From Candidatus Hodarchaeota archaeon (lineage in GTDB: Archaea > Asgardarchaeota > Heimdallarchaeia > Hodarchaeales > Hodarchaeaceae), in assembly GCA_016839815.1 (NCBI GenBank), contig JAEOTM010000076.1, forward strand, positions 7,247 through 71,246: 64,000 nucleotides of DNA. Direction: 5' to 3'. Below, one piece after another: positions 9,469-18,274 of this stretch; the stretch's first letter is position 1; every line of letters begins with the position of its first letter. The position numbers and the translations under genes were made by a program. Under the pieces are notes generated by a model. The model was given only the letters and a program-made list of their open reading frames with translations, was not told where the DNA came from and did not search any database.

Positions 9469-9993
9469 ATGACTCAGGAAAAATCTTCTCGGTGGTTATT
9501 GCCTAAACGGGCATTTGGTGATTGTTTTGGGTGTGCCCCACATAATACAAAAGGATTGAAACTACGATTTTGGCTTACTGAAGAAGGGTGTGAGAGTTAC
9601 CATGCTATACCCAAAGAATATTGTGGATTCACTGGATTAGTGCATGGAGGTATTATTGCAACCATCTTAGATGAAGTAGCGGCTTGGACAATAATAACAC
9701 AGTTTTTTCGTATAGGGATTACTGCTCAGGCTAAAGTTAAGTATCTTAAACCTGTCCCAACTGAAGAAGAGTTAATAATTAAAGGAAATATCCGAGAACA
9801 GACTGGAAAGCAGATTGTAGTTCTTTCTCAAATCACCACAAAAGACTCCACTGTACTTGCAGAAGCAGAGAGTAAATGGTTACTGCCAGATAAAACGATG
9901 TTACAAAAGCTTACTGGATTAACAGCTGAAGAACTGAATTACATTATTGATGAAGTGGTTGAACCATTAAAGAAGATACGTTCTGAAAGCTAA
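9469..9993 (+). CDS. PaaI-family hotdog-fold thioesterase
   Basis: CFGCAPHNTKGLKLRF N-terminal motif and LVHGGIIATILDEVAAW core, both typical of the PaaI/thioesterase superfamily. Confidence 0.75.
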   Translation: MTQEKSSRWLLPKRAFGDCFGCAPHNTKGLKLRFWLTEEGCESYHAIPKEYCGFTGLVHGGIIATILDEVAAWTIITQFFRIGITAQAKVKYLKPVPTEEELIIKGNIREQTGKQIVVLSQITTKDSTVLAEAESKWLLPDKTMLQKLTGLTAEELNYIIDEVVEPLKKIRSES

Positions 9994-10004
9994 CGTCTTA
10001 CTTT

Positions 10005-11288
10005 TTGTTATTAAATTCGGTGATATCAAGAATGGAAGAGCAATCCACACCAGATAGACCATTCACATCTGATTTCAGCTCAATGCTTAATCTAATTACA
10101 TTAAATAGTTTAGGTATGTTTTTTTTCGGCTTTTTAATTCCTTTCGTTGTTAGTCAGCAAATTGATGCATCAGGTACAGAAATGGGTTTAGTCTTTTCGT
10201 CTAATGTAATTGGATATATGATATCATCGCCTATTGCTGGAATCTTAGTAGATTATGGACTGAGTAAGAAGAAAATGGTATTAATTGGATCGTTTGGAAG
10301 GGCGATGTCATATATAATCTTATTCCTAGCAATCTTAACCGATTTTTTGGTTGGAATACTCGCTGGAATGTTCTTTCTTGGATTTATCGTCAGTTTATTC
10401 TGGATTCCTCTTAATACTATGATTGCTGAGAAATCATCGAAATTCCATAGAGCCAAAGCTTACGGTCTCAGGGATTCTAATATCGGGAAAGGCCAATTAA
10501 TTGGTGCCTTCATTGGATTTGGCATTTGGGGATATGCTAACTCATTTACAAATCCTAATCCTCTTTTTGTTTATAGCCCACTTTTAATCTATTGCTTAGG
10601 AAATATGCTTGCAGGAATTTTATTTTTTTTTAATGTGGATGAGGACATCAAATTTATTTCTTCAGATGAACCTCAAGTAAAAATCGTGGAAAATAACCAA
10701 ATAGCGAGGTATTACAGACTGAGTATCTTATTCTTTTTGTTTGTACTTCTATTAGGTTCTATAAATGGCTCGCTTGCTAAACCCTTTTTGTTAGTTTACT
10801 TATTAGAGAATCTTACGACTGATCCAAATATTGCAACGTATATTTACATTCCTGCAGGGGTCGCTTCAGTATATCTTGCCCCAAAGCTTGGGGACCTTGC
10901 TGATAAAATTAATCCCTATAGTGGTATTACTTTGGCTAGCTTATTAGGAGCAGTTACTACATTCTTTCTAATAAATACCTCAAGTCTATTAATTTTTACC
11001 CTCCTTTTAACCCTAGATACAATTATTGTATCAGCGGGAATTCTAATCATCCAGAATTTTTTAAGTCGTGTCTCAAAAAGCCATCGTGGAAGGTTGTTCG
11101 GATTACAGTCCACTTTTAATAATTTAGGAGGAATAATTGGCCCTCTTGTAGGTGGAATGTTATGGGATACATTCGGTCAAAAATCCCCATTCTATTTATC
11201 GATAGGTGTAGAATTGTTTCTTATCCCTTTTTTCATAATTGCGGTCTTTCTGATCTATCCACACCTGGAAGAATCAATCGTGAGGTAA
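10005..11288 (+). CDS. MFS transporter
   Basis: 427 aa with about 12 predicted TM helices. MFS-like loop GILVDYGLSKKKMVLIGSFGRA between TM2 and TM3. TTG start. Confidence 0.7.
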   Translation: MLLNSVISRMEEQSTPDRPFTSDFSSMLNLITLNSLGMFFFGFLIPFVVSQQIDASGTEMGLVFSSNVIGYMISSPIAGILVDYGLSKKKMVLIGSFGRAMSYIILFLAILTDFLVGILAGMFFLGFIVSLFWIPLNTMIAEKSSKFHRAKAYGLRDSNIGKGQLIGAFIGFGIWGYANSFTNPNPLFVYSPLLIYCLGNMLAGILFFFNVDEDIKFISSDEPQVKIVENNQIARYYRLSILFFLFVLLLGSINGSLAKPFLLVYLLENLTTDPNIATYIYIPAGVASVYLAPKLGDLADKINPYSGITLASLLGAVTTFFLINTSSLLIFTLLLTLDTIIVSAGILIIQNFLSRVSKSHRGRLFGLQSTFNNLGGIIGPLVGGMLWDTFGQKSPFYLSIGVELFLIPFFIIAVFLIYPHLEESIVR

Positions 11289-11418
11289 GGAATTTTCCTA
11301 GTTTCTCTCCCCAGAAATGAGTCTTAAGAATCAGTTTAACGAATTCAGTCTAGATTAGCTCTTAAAGAAGAGTATCTACTGTGTGTATATGCAAATTACC
11401 TTACTGTGATGATTAATT

Positions 11419-11889
11419 ATGGCTAAAAAGAAACGGGGAAGAAAATCAACAACTGTCAAAAAAGCATCCGAGAAAAAAACATCCAAAATGGTGCCTTTGT
11501 CAAAGATATATGATTCAGCTTCGATGTATACAACCCATCCTATTAGGAATTACGAAATTTCAAAGAAATTCTATGAGGAAGTCTTAGAACTATCTGTAAA
11601 TCTAGAAATCCCCATGGCAGGATGGTATGAGTTTTGCTTACCAGTAAAAGGAGCTTTCTTAGGGTTAAGTCAATATCGAGAAGAATCAGGAGATTTTAAA
11701 CCTGCAAATTCGCTAAACATTTCAATTAATGATGTTGAGAAAGCAAAAGCATCACTTGAATCAAAAGGAGTTACTACTTCTGATATTATTGACTACCCCG
11801 AAATGGTATCAATGATTTCGTTCGAAGATCCAGATAAAAACAATATTTTTTTGATCGGTCCTCCTAGAGTAAAAAGTGAGTCAAAGTAA
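11419..11889 (+). CDS. VOC/glyoxalase-family protein with basic N-terminal tail
   Basis: KKKRGRKSTTVKK tail followed by a glyoxalase-like beta-alpha-beta-beta-beta pattern (ISKKFYEEVLELSV...FEDPDKNNIFLIG). Confidence 0.55.
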   Translation: MAKKKRGRKSTTVKKASEKKTSKMVPLSKIYDSASMYTTHPIRNYEISKKFYEEVLELSVNLEIPMAGWYEFCLPVKGAFLGLSQYREESGDFKPANSLNISINDVEKAKASLESKGVTTSDIIDYPEMVSMISFEDPDKNNIFLIGPPRVKSESK

Positions 11890-12005
11890 GCATTCTTTAT
11901 TCTTAAATTTCTTTTTACTTCTCAAAAACACGATTTATAACAATTTTCTTCAAGCTCTAACCTTATGAAAACTCCCAAAAGGTGTATCTATAGAGGTAAT
12001 TCAGT

Positions 12006-13034
12006 GTGAAAACATCCATTCTTAGTCCTTCTCCCTCAAAGACAGATATAGTGCAAGAAGTTGAGCGTTTATATAAGATAATGAAAACATTGAATTGGAC
12101 TAGAGAACAATGTGAACTAATTGCTCCGCTTACTTGGGAAATCAATCAAAGAAAGAAAGAACAGAACGCAGTGATCCTCGCTCATTCCTATCAAATGCCT
12201 CAAGTTATTTTTGGTGTTGCAGACTTTGTGGGAGATAGCTATGGCCTTAGTCGTCAAGCTATGGAAGTTGAGGCAGATACTATTATTTTTTGTGGAGTGG
12301 AATTTATGGCGGAAACAGCTAAAATCCTAAATCCGGAAAAAAGGGTCTTAATCCCCTCACTCGAAGCTGGTTGCTCTTTAGCTGAAGGAATTACCGCAGA
12401 GGATATAATTAATTTACGTAATCAACATCCTGAAACTCCTGTTGCCTGTTATGTTAACACCTCTGCTGCTGTAAAAGCTGAATGTGATGTGTGTGTTACA
12501 AGTGCGAATGCTGTAGAGATAATCAAGAAATTAGACTCCGATAAGGTAATCTTTGTTCCAGATAAGCACATGATGAATAATCTTGGGCCACTTACAGGTA
12601 AAGATATTGTAGGTTGGACAGCAGAATGCATTGTCCATAACCAGTTTACGAAAGAACAAGTTCAACAACTTCGCTCAGAGCATTCTGGTATTAAAATTCT
12701 AGCACATACCGAATGCGATCCTTCTGTTGTCATGGTAGCTGACTTTGTAGGGAGTACAGGAGGTATGATCAAATATGTTAAAACATCTTCAGCAGAGAAA
12801 TTCGCTTTAATAACTGAATGCGGATTAGCAGAGCGTTTAAAAGTTGAGGTTCCAAACAAAACAATCTTAGGAAGTTGTGTACTCTGCCCACATATGAAAA
12901 GCATTAATCTGGAAAATACCTTACAAGTTCTTCGTTCTCCCTCTCCAGAGCATGAGATTGAAATTCCTTCAACTGTTTCAACCAGAGCAAAGGCATCTTT
13001 ACAAAAAATGTTTGAACTAACAACCGAGAAGTAA
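12006..13034 (+). CDS. nadA: quinolinate synthase
   Basis: ILAHSYQ, VGDSYGLS, FCGVEFMAETAKILNP, SLEAGCSLAEG, TAECIVH, ALITECGLAERL and VLCPHMK motifs, with three cluster Cys. GTG start. Confidence 0.85.
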   Translation: MKTSILSPSPSKTDIVQEVERLYKIMKTLNWTREQCELIAPLTWEINQRKKEQNAVILAHSYQMPQVIFGVADFVGDSYGLSRQAMEVEADTIIFCGVEFMAETAKILNPEKRVLIPSLEAGCSLAEGITAEDIINLRNQHPETPVACYVNTSAAVKAECDVCVTSANAVEIIKKLDSDKVIFVPDKHMMNNLGPLTGKDIVGWTAECIVHNQFTKEQVQQLRSEHSGIKILAHTECDPSVVMVADFVGSTGGMIKYVKTSSAEKFALITECGLAERLKVEVPNKTILGSCVLCPHMKSINLENTLQVLRSPSPEHEIEIPSTVSTRAKASLQKMFELTTEK

Positions 13035-13060
13035 AAACAACTTAATTTTTTGGCATCAAA

Positions 13061-13897
13061 CTAATCCACGGAATTTGTTAAGTCTCGAAACGCAGATTTT
13101 ACTTTTTTTATGCTTGTTTCTGAAGTTCTCCAGATATCTCCTAACTGTGATGAGATTTCAGTTCTTAGCTCACTCATTATGTCTATCAATGAGTCACAAG
13201 CGTTCATCAATGAAGTTTTTTCAGGTATCGGAAAGAGATTTTTTAAGAGATCCAAGTCTTCAAGAGAGAATTTTGATTCTAACCTTCTTGTACCAAATGG
13301 TGAACGATACCGAAAATGTGCAATCCATTTTTCAACGATCCCTCGAAGCATAAAGAAATCTGCAGCCAAGGTATAATATTCCCCCCTAGCAATATGGAGG
13401 TAACAATAGAAAAGCCAGGCCCAAATACGTTCATCATCGTGAATAATTTCTTCTACATCAAGGGATGAAGGGATTTCTGTTGATTTCACATTCAGATTAT
13501 TACTTACATTCCAATCACTTATCTTAGAATTATCTACATAAGTTAAAAGATATGGTCCTCCTTCTGGAGGAGGAAGTGTATCCATTGTATACAATACGAT
13601 ATCTGCTTTCACATCAGGGTAGAAAAAATATATGATAAAATGATCTCTAACATGATCTGCATCAAATCTATGAAACCATTTGGGTAAAGCCCATTTCCAC
13701 CTATTTTTCCAGATAGAATCCCGATTGTCATCGGAGTTCACCACAATTCCTATATCTATGTCGCTAAATTTATCCATAGAATCAGTAGCACTACTTCCGC
13801 TTAGAAAAATCCCAATAACTGATTTAAATGATTTGAAGTAGGCTACTAGTTCTGAGTAAACACGATAATGTTCCGGTAACTCTTGTAGAACTACCAT
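13061..13897 (-). CDS. Pol-beta-superfamily nucleotidyltransferase (aminoglycoside adenylyltransferase-like architecture)
   Basis: GS...D.D motif (LSGSSATDSMDKFSDIDIGIVV) plus a helical C-terminal domain (LHIARGEYYTLAADFFMLRG) as in ANT(6)-type enzymes. Substrate unknown. Confidence 0.6.
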   Translation of the reverse strand: MVVLQELPEHYRVYSELVAYFKSFKSVIGIFLSGSSATDSMDKFSDIDIGIVVNSDDNRDSIWKNRWKWALPKWFHRFDADHVRDHFIIYFFYPDVKADIVLYTMDTLPPPEGGPYLLTYVDNSKISDWNVSNNLNVKSTEIPSSLDVEEIIHDDERIWAWLFYCYLHIARGEYYTLAADFFMLRGIVEKWIAHFRYRSPFGTRRLESKFSLEDLDLLKNLFPIPEKTSLMNACDSLIDIMSELRTEISSQLGDIWRTSETSIKKVKSAFRDLTNSVD

Positions 13898-13923
13898 TAT
13901 GTCACCTTGTGTTTCATAACTTT

Positions 13924-15177
13924 TTATAAGTAGGTTGAGCTGCCAAAGTACCCTTCTTCTCCAAGTGTCACACTGGAGAGCAAAAAAGCATTTACACCAA
14001 CTCCATCTCCATTATCATCATAATGCGGATGCTCTGCTCTACTATCCATTACTAAGGCATAATTAAAGGCTTCTCTCATCGAAATAAAGCCGTCAGTATT
14101 TACATCATGCCAAGTAACAGGTGTACCGTCAGGTGTTTGCATATTTACAGCAACCATGAAATGATATACAAATTCGTCATATGATCCTTCATTGTCACAT
14201 GACCATGAGCTTTCAGTCCCAGAGGCTGCAGTCATAATAACACGATTGGATCCAGATAGCGCAGGTATGAAAATACCTGAATTACATTGTTCCATGACGA
14301 TTATCATCTTAGCATAATCTATTGGATCTAATACTTCTGCAAAATGTTCTGGAGATATCGTTTCGTAATAATACAAACATAATCCTTCTTCCCACCCATG
14401 GTTTGTTGTGTATATAAACAAACTATCTTTTGGATCCATAATTTGTGCAAGGTAGTTAAATGTGTTGTTGAAATGCTGTGAATTGGCAGAAATATTGACA
14501 GGCATATCTGTATCTTCTGCTATTCCATCTTTATAAATAACAATGATATTTTGTGGGTCATAAGCGTATTTATTAACAAGGATTGAATACATGAATTTCA
14601 AATCGTTCCAATACCGGCTATAGGCTTTAGCAGCACGATAACCTCCACTGATTAAAACAGCATATCTATTCGCATATGTTTGAGCTGAATAATTCATAAG
14701 AATATGATAAATGCTTTCTCTGTACTGTGGATGTCTTGTCATTACGGTATATGAGGATTTTTCAAGAAGATACTCAAGTCCACCTACTCCTTCCGATTCT
14801 TCTGCCCAAGTTATATTTCCTTTAATCCTAATCCAGCTACCTGTTTCACGAGAAAGTACACTTGGTACGTCTCCTAATACTTCCATATACTTTGTGGTAG
14901 GTATAATAGTATTTTGTTGAAAATCATCCACATTTTTGAGTAATAGCGCCTTGTGTGATCCACCAAGAACATAATATCCTTCCATGGTCACAATCTTGCC
15001 TAAAAATTGTGTTACATTTTCCATTACTTCAGTAATATCCCGCGGAACGTCTTCCTCGGGAATTCCAGGAGGGGGAATTTCAGGAGGGGAAATTTCAGTA
15101 AAATAGTAAAATTGGAACATATTTGCTCCAAGAAGAACAATGACTAATATCAAAAGAACACTTGTTGTTTTTCCCAT
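13924..15177 (-). CDS. secreted peptidase C13 (legumain-like, clan CD) with EF-hand/dockerin-like Ca-binding loop
   Basis: Signal/anchor at the N-terminus. YAVLISGG...RYWND, catalytic His (FIYTTNHG) and Cys (VMEQCNSG). C-terminal DVNTDGFISMRE loop and DDNGDGVGV. Confidence 0.75.
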   Translation of the reverse strand: MGKTTSVLLILVIVLLGANMFQFYYFTEISPPEIPPPGIPEEDVPRDITEVMENVTQFLGKIVTMEGYYVLGGSHKALLLKNVDDFQQNTIIPTTKYMEVLGDVPSVLSRETGSWIRIKGNITWAEESEGVGGLEYLLEKSSYTVMTRHPQYRESIYHILMNYSAQTYANRYAVLISGGYRAAKAYSRYWNDLKFMYSILVNKYAYDPQNIIVIYKDGIAEDTDMPVNISANSQHFNNTFNYLAQIMDPKDSLFIYTTNHGWEEGLCLYYYETISPEHFAEVLDPIDYAKMIIVMEQCNSGIFIPALSGSNRVIMTAASGTESSWSCDNEGSYDEFVYHFMVAVNMQTPDGTPVTWHDVNTDGFISMREAFNYALVMDSRAEHPHYDDNGDGVGVNAFLLSSVTLGEEGYFGSSTYL

Positions 15178-15272
15178 TATAAATCACGTATTCCAATTAA
15201 TAAACGGTTTTTCCGATAATCAGATACCTACCTTAAATCCATTGCCACCATTACATATTCGGAGTTAAAAAT

Positions 15273-16148
15273 CTAAAGTAAATCAATTAGTTGAAAAAGA
15301 GTATCGACTGCATAGAAAGTGTTTTCCAGAGTAGCGATTCCAGTGTAAGGAGTTCTAGAAAACCCACCGAGGGTTGTTTGACATCCTTTGACTAATTTGA
15401 GAGTTGTATCTAAATATTTTGGTTTATAGGATAACATCCTTGAAACAATGAAACCAGCGTGGATATACTCCAAGAAAGATAACGAAGTTCCAGGTATGTT
15501 CGTGAATGACTGATGTGGACTGTTACAACTTGAGATGAATCTAGTTACATTGTTTATCTCATTAATGGGAAAATCCAACCAGTTGAGAATTTGAACCGCC
15601 TGCATAGTCTCAGTTAAAGTCGATAAATTTGAACTCCCAAAACCATAATCTTGATTCCTAAATGATAATATAAAGGAAATTATTTCTTTTTTTAATTCAG
15701 GATATAACTCATGCTTTAATGTAGTAGTAAGACTTGTTAAGAAATAGATTTTTCGAAAAACGGATATTTCTACAGGCAGATTTTGATCATGGAATGAATG
15801 GTATTTATCTAAGATGAACTGGGAAGGATCCTTTGTTGGAGAACTTAGAAAAAGAGAAAGAGTGTTTATTACATAATATGCTTGAATTATACTGAAGAAT
15901 CCCCCATCAGGATGTTGTAGTCCGTGTAGATATGAAATAGTGGCGGAACTCTCAATCGACTTCTCATCAACCAGTTTTTGGATAGCAATTGCATAATATG
16001 TGTCGGAGCTGTTCGCTTCATCCTGACGATAAAAGCAATATCCTCCATTTGTGCATTTACGTTCCTCAATGTATTTTAGTATGTTTTCAATTTCATTTTG
16101 ATTAAGAAGTCCTTTTCTTTGTAATTTTTGCACATTTGTCAGAAGCAA
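15273..16148 (-). CDS. prenyltransferase/squalene-oxidase repeat (alpha-alpha toroid) protein
   Basis: Five PFTB-like repeats: NGGYCFYRQDEANSSDTYYAI, HPDGGFFSIIQAYYVI, NQDYGFGSSNLSTLTETMQAV, SPHQSFTNIPGTSLSFLEYIHAG, TLGGFSRTPYTGIATLENTFYAV. No signal peptide. Confidence 0.65.
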   Translation of the reverse strand: MLLTNVQKLQRKGLLNQNEIENILKYIEERKCTNGGYCFYRQDEANSSDTYYAIAIQKLVDEKSIESSATISYLHGLQHPDGGFFSIIQAYYVINTLSLFLSSPTKDPSQFILDKYHSFHDQNLPVEISVFRKIYFLTSLTTTLKHELYPELKKEIISFILSFRNQDYGFGSSNLSTLTETMQAVQILNWLDFPINEINNVTRFISSCNSPHQSFTNIPGTSLSFLEYIHAGFIVSRMLSYKPKYLDTTLKLVKGCQTTLGGFSRTPYTGIATLENTFYAVDTLFQLIDLL

Positions 16149-16178
16149 TTCCCTTCCTAATTTGATCTTCCTTAGTTC

Positions 16179-16802
16179 TCACCATATGAAAGGAATAAAT
16201 CGCTTAGTTTTTTTCTGGTATTCACCATACTCTTTCTCGAAATATTTTCTTAAGATCTCTTCCTCATACTTTGAGATACTCACATAACCTGGAATTCCCA
16301 GAAGAAGTAACAATAAAAGAGGATTTTGTAAAACTAAAAGGAAGCCAAGAAAATAGTAACAATATGAAGCATATAACGGATGTCGAATATATTTATACAT
16401 CCCTCCTGTTTCTAATATAATAGGGATTCCCCATGAAAACGCACGTTTCCCTCGTGAAAGACGACCAACGACAGCGACCACTGTACCTACAGAAATAAGA
16501 AGAATCCCAATGAACTGAATACAAATCCCATAAAATCCTAGGTTTGAACCAAGCGGATAGTAAAAAAAGTTGGACTCAAATATCTGCTCGAATGGTATTA
16601 ATATAAACAGGACCCATACGGTTAATGAAGACAAATAGGTGAGAGTTGACAGAATATCTTGTTTTGCCTTAGGACGTATCTTTTTTTTCCGTGTACTTTC
16701 TTCACGTCTGTATGTCATAAGATCCAATGGAAGAGTAATAATCAGATACAACAGTAGATTTATACCGATTATTATTCCAATATGTACGTAAGCTAGCATC
16801 AT
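16179..16802 (-). CDS. isoprenylcysteine carboxyl methyltransferase (ICMT/PEMT) family membrane protein
   Basis: About 5 TM helices. GMYKYIRHPLYASYCYYFLG and C-terminal EEEILRKYFEKEYGEYQKKTKRFIPFIW match the ICMT-family signature. Confidence 0.75.
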   Translation of the reverse strand: MMLAYVHIGIIIGINLLLYLIITLPLDLMTYRREESTRKKKIRPKAKQDILSTLTYLSSLTVWVLFILIPFEQIFESNFFYYPLGSNLGFYGICIQFIGILLISVGTVVAVVGRLSRGKRAFSWGIPIILETGGMYKYIRHPLYASYCYYFLGFLLVLQNPLLLLLLLGIPGYVSISKYEEEILRKYFEKEYGEYQKKTKRFIPFIW

Positions 16803-16874
16803 TTCTCACTTAAAAGATGTGAATTTAGTAGTCAGGGTGTAAGGTATTCAATTCTATCTTTTTTATAGACGATT

Positions 16875-17786
16875 CTAGCGTTTTGTTGTTTCCTTATATA
16901 GTTCTGCAAGTTCATCGATATCAAATTCGTCAACAACGTCTTTTTGCTCTTTTAATGCCTTACCCGTTTCCTTCTCATCCAGAATTGCCCGTAATTTTTC
17001 ATGTTTGGTTCCTTTTATGAGATCTGGATCTTGTAATTTCCCTCGGCCTTTATCGGTTATTTTCCAGACTTGTTTGAAATCATCATACTCCAAGTCACCT
17101 TTTGTACGCAACTTCCTAAGAAGAATGAGAATTTTGTCGCGATTATATTCTACTTGACCCGTCCTGGATATAATTTCTAGCTGACCCAATAGCGCTAGTA
17201 ATGGTAAACCTTCTTTCTTTTCTACGAGCATATCGAAGATATAGATGGTGAGTAGTCTTGAAACTTTATCCTCTAAAGGAAATTTATCCTCTTCCATGCA
17301 TTCATGGATCCAGACAAGAACATCCCCGAATGACTTTGGAATTTTGCAGGTTGTGGAAAAAACACGATGTGGACGGTCATATCGGTTTAAAATATCCAAA
17401 CGATCGATCACTACTGAAGGATGTGTTCTAGAAATATCTACTTTGTTAAACACAACAGCTAGAGGTTTTCCAAGTGTAATTGGATTGTTTAATATCCGTA
17501 GAAATTCTCTTCTAACCTCAGAGAAGGTTGTTTCATCACTACCGTCAATCACAAAAATCGTGGCATCGACATGGGGGAGATATTCCTCAACAAACCTGCG
17601 TACCTCTTTTCTTCCACCCACTTCGATAAGTGAAAAAGTTGCCTTCCCTTCAACGACTATATCATATGATTGATGTGCTGTAGATGGAATTCCAGGCCTA
17701 AATTCTCCTTTTTGATATGATGAAATAAGTGTAGATTTTCCACTTCTTTCTAGGCCGTATAAAAGTACTTGTATCGCTCCTTTCAA
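16875..17786 (-). CDS. Arf/Arl/Sar-like small GTPase fused to a C-terminal winged-helix-like domain and acidic tail
   Basis: G1 GLERSGKST, G3 IEVGGRKEVRRF (compare WDVGGQ), G4 FNKVD, G5 STTCK. Residues about 170-260 are wHTH-like (LPLLALLGQLEIISRTGQVEYNRDKILILLRKLRTKGDLEY...WKITDKGR). Confidence 0.85.
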   Translation of the reverse strand: MKGAIQVLLYGLERSGKSTLISSYQKGEFRPGIPSTAHQSYDIVVEGKATFSLIEVGGRKEVRRFVEEYLPHVDATIFVIDGSDETTFSEVRREFLRILNNPITLGKPLAVVFNKVDISRTHPSVVIDRLDILNRYDRPHRVFSTTCKIPKSFGDVLVWIHECMEEDKFPLEDKVSRLLTIYIFDMLVEKKEGLPLLALLGQLEIISRTGQVEYNRDKILILLRKLRTKGDLEYDDFKQVWKITDKGRGKLQDPDLIKGTKHEKLRAILDEKETGKALKEQKDVVDEFDIDELAELYKETTKR

Positions 17787-17792
17787 AGTTAT

Positions 17793-18131
17793 TCATTCCT
17801 CGTTTTGTTCTACTCTTTCGATTTTAAAATAGACTGGTCGAATCCAGTCAGTACAACCCACAATATTACTGTTTTCGCTGGCCATATGAGGAATTGTACC
17901 ACCATATGCCAGTGCTAGAATATCATGACGAATATCTGCCCATGCCCATTCACAAAATCCCTCTGGAGATTTATAACTAGTCTCCTCGGTAACCATAAAC
18001 TCCTGTCCATCCTTGAGACGTTCACAACTCTTGATAGCATGATATTTTTCTTTTACATATTTTTTTATTAGATCGTGATTGACGGTTCTCTTCACTACAG
18101 TTATTTTACAATCAAACATAATTTTCACCAT
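17793..18131 (-). CDS. TIGR04076-family protein (function unknown)
   Basis: CKITVVKRT...CERLKDGQEF...PEGFCEWAWADIRHDILALAYGG...CTDWIRPVYFKIERV matches my recollection of the TIGR04076 pattern. Lies 6 nt upstream of the GTPase gene. Confidence 0.65.
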   Translation of the reverse strand: MVKIMFDCKITVVKRTVNHDLIKKYVKEKYHAIKSCERLKDGQEFMVTEETSYKSPEGFCEWAWADIRHDILALAYGGTIPHMASENSNIVGCTDWIRPVYFKIERVEQNEE

Positions 18132-18274
18132 ACTGTGACGTTCAAAAGCAAATCTCGGAATAAAAATGTTATTTACCTTTCATTCTGAAAAAGATCTTAA
18201 AAAATCTCCTGAAAATCTGATTTAGCTGAAATGGTAATGAACCATATCCAATATCCCTATTTGAGGAAACCAGA

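Noticed and set aside
11406-11412. GTGATGA, a C-box-like motif that might indicate a C/D box sRNA.
   Set aside because: It sits 6 nt before the ATG of 11419..11889. I found no matching D box (CTGA) with a terminal stem at the expected 50-70 nt spacing, so it is probably chance.
17245-17673. 142-aa plus-strand ORF inside the Arf-like GTPase gene.
   Set aside because: It is antisense to a CDS with complete G1-G5 motifs.
13061-18131. Searched all ORF C-termini for CaaX/CC/CxC prenylation motifs to support the prenylation hypothesis, and considered the C13 peptidase as a CaaX protease analog.
   Set aside because: No ORF in the window ends in C-a-a-X; the closest are ...KKECFA at 24688 and ...IRGCD at 39242. 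The C13 peptidase has a signal peptide and so is predicted outside the cell. The hypothesis therefore stays inference only.
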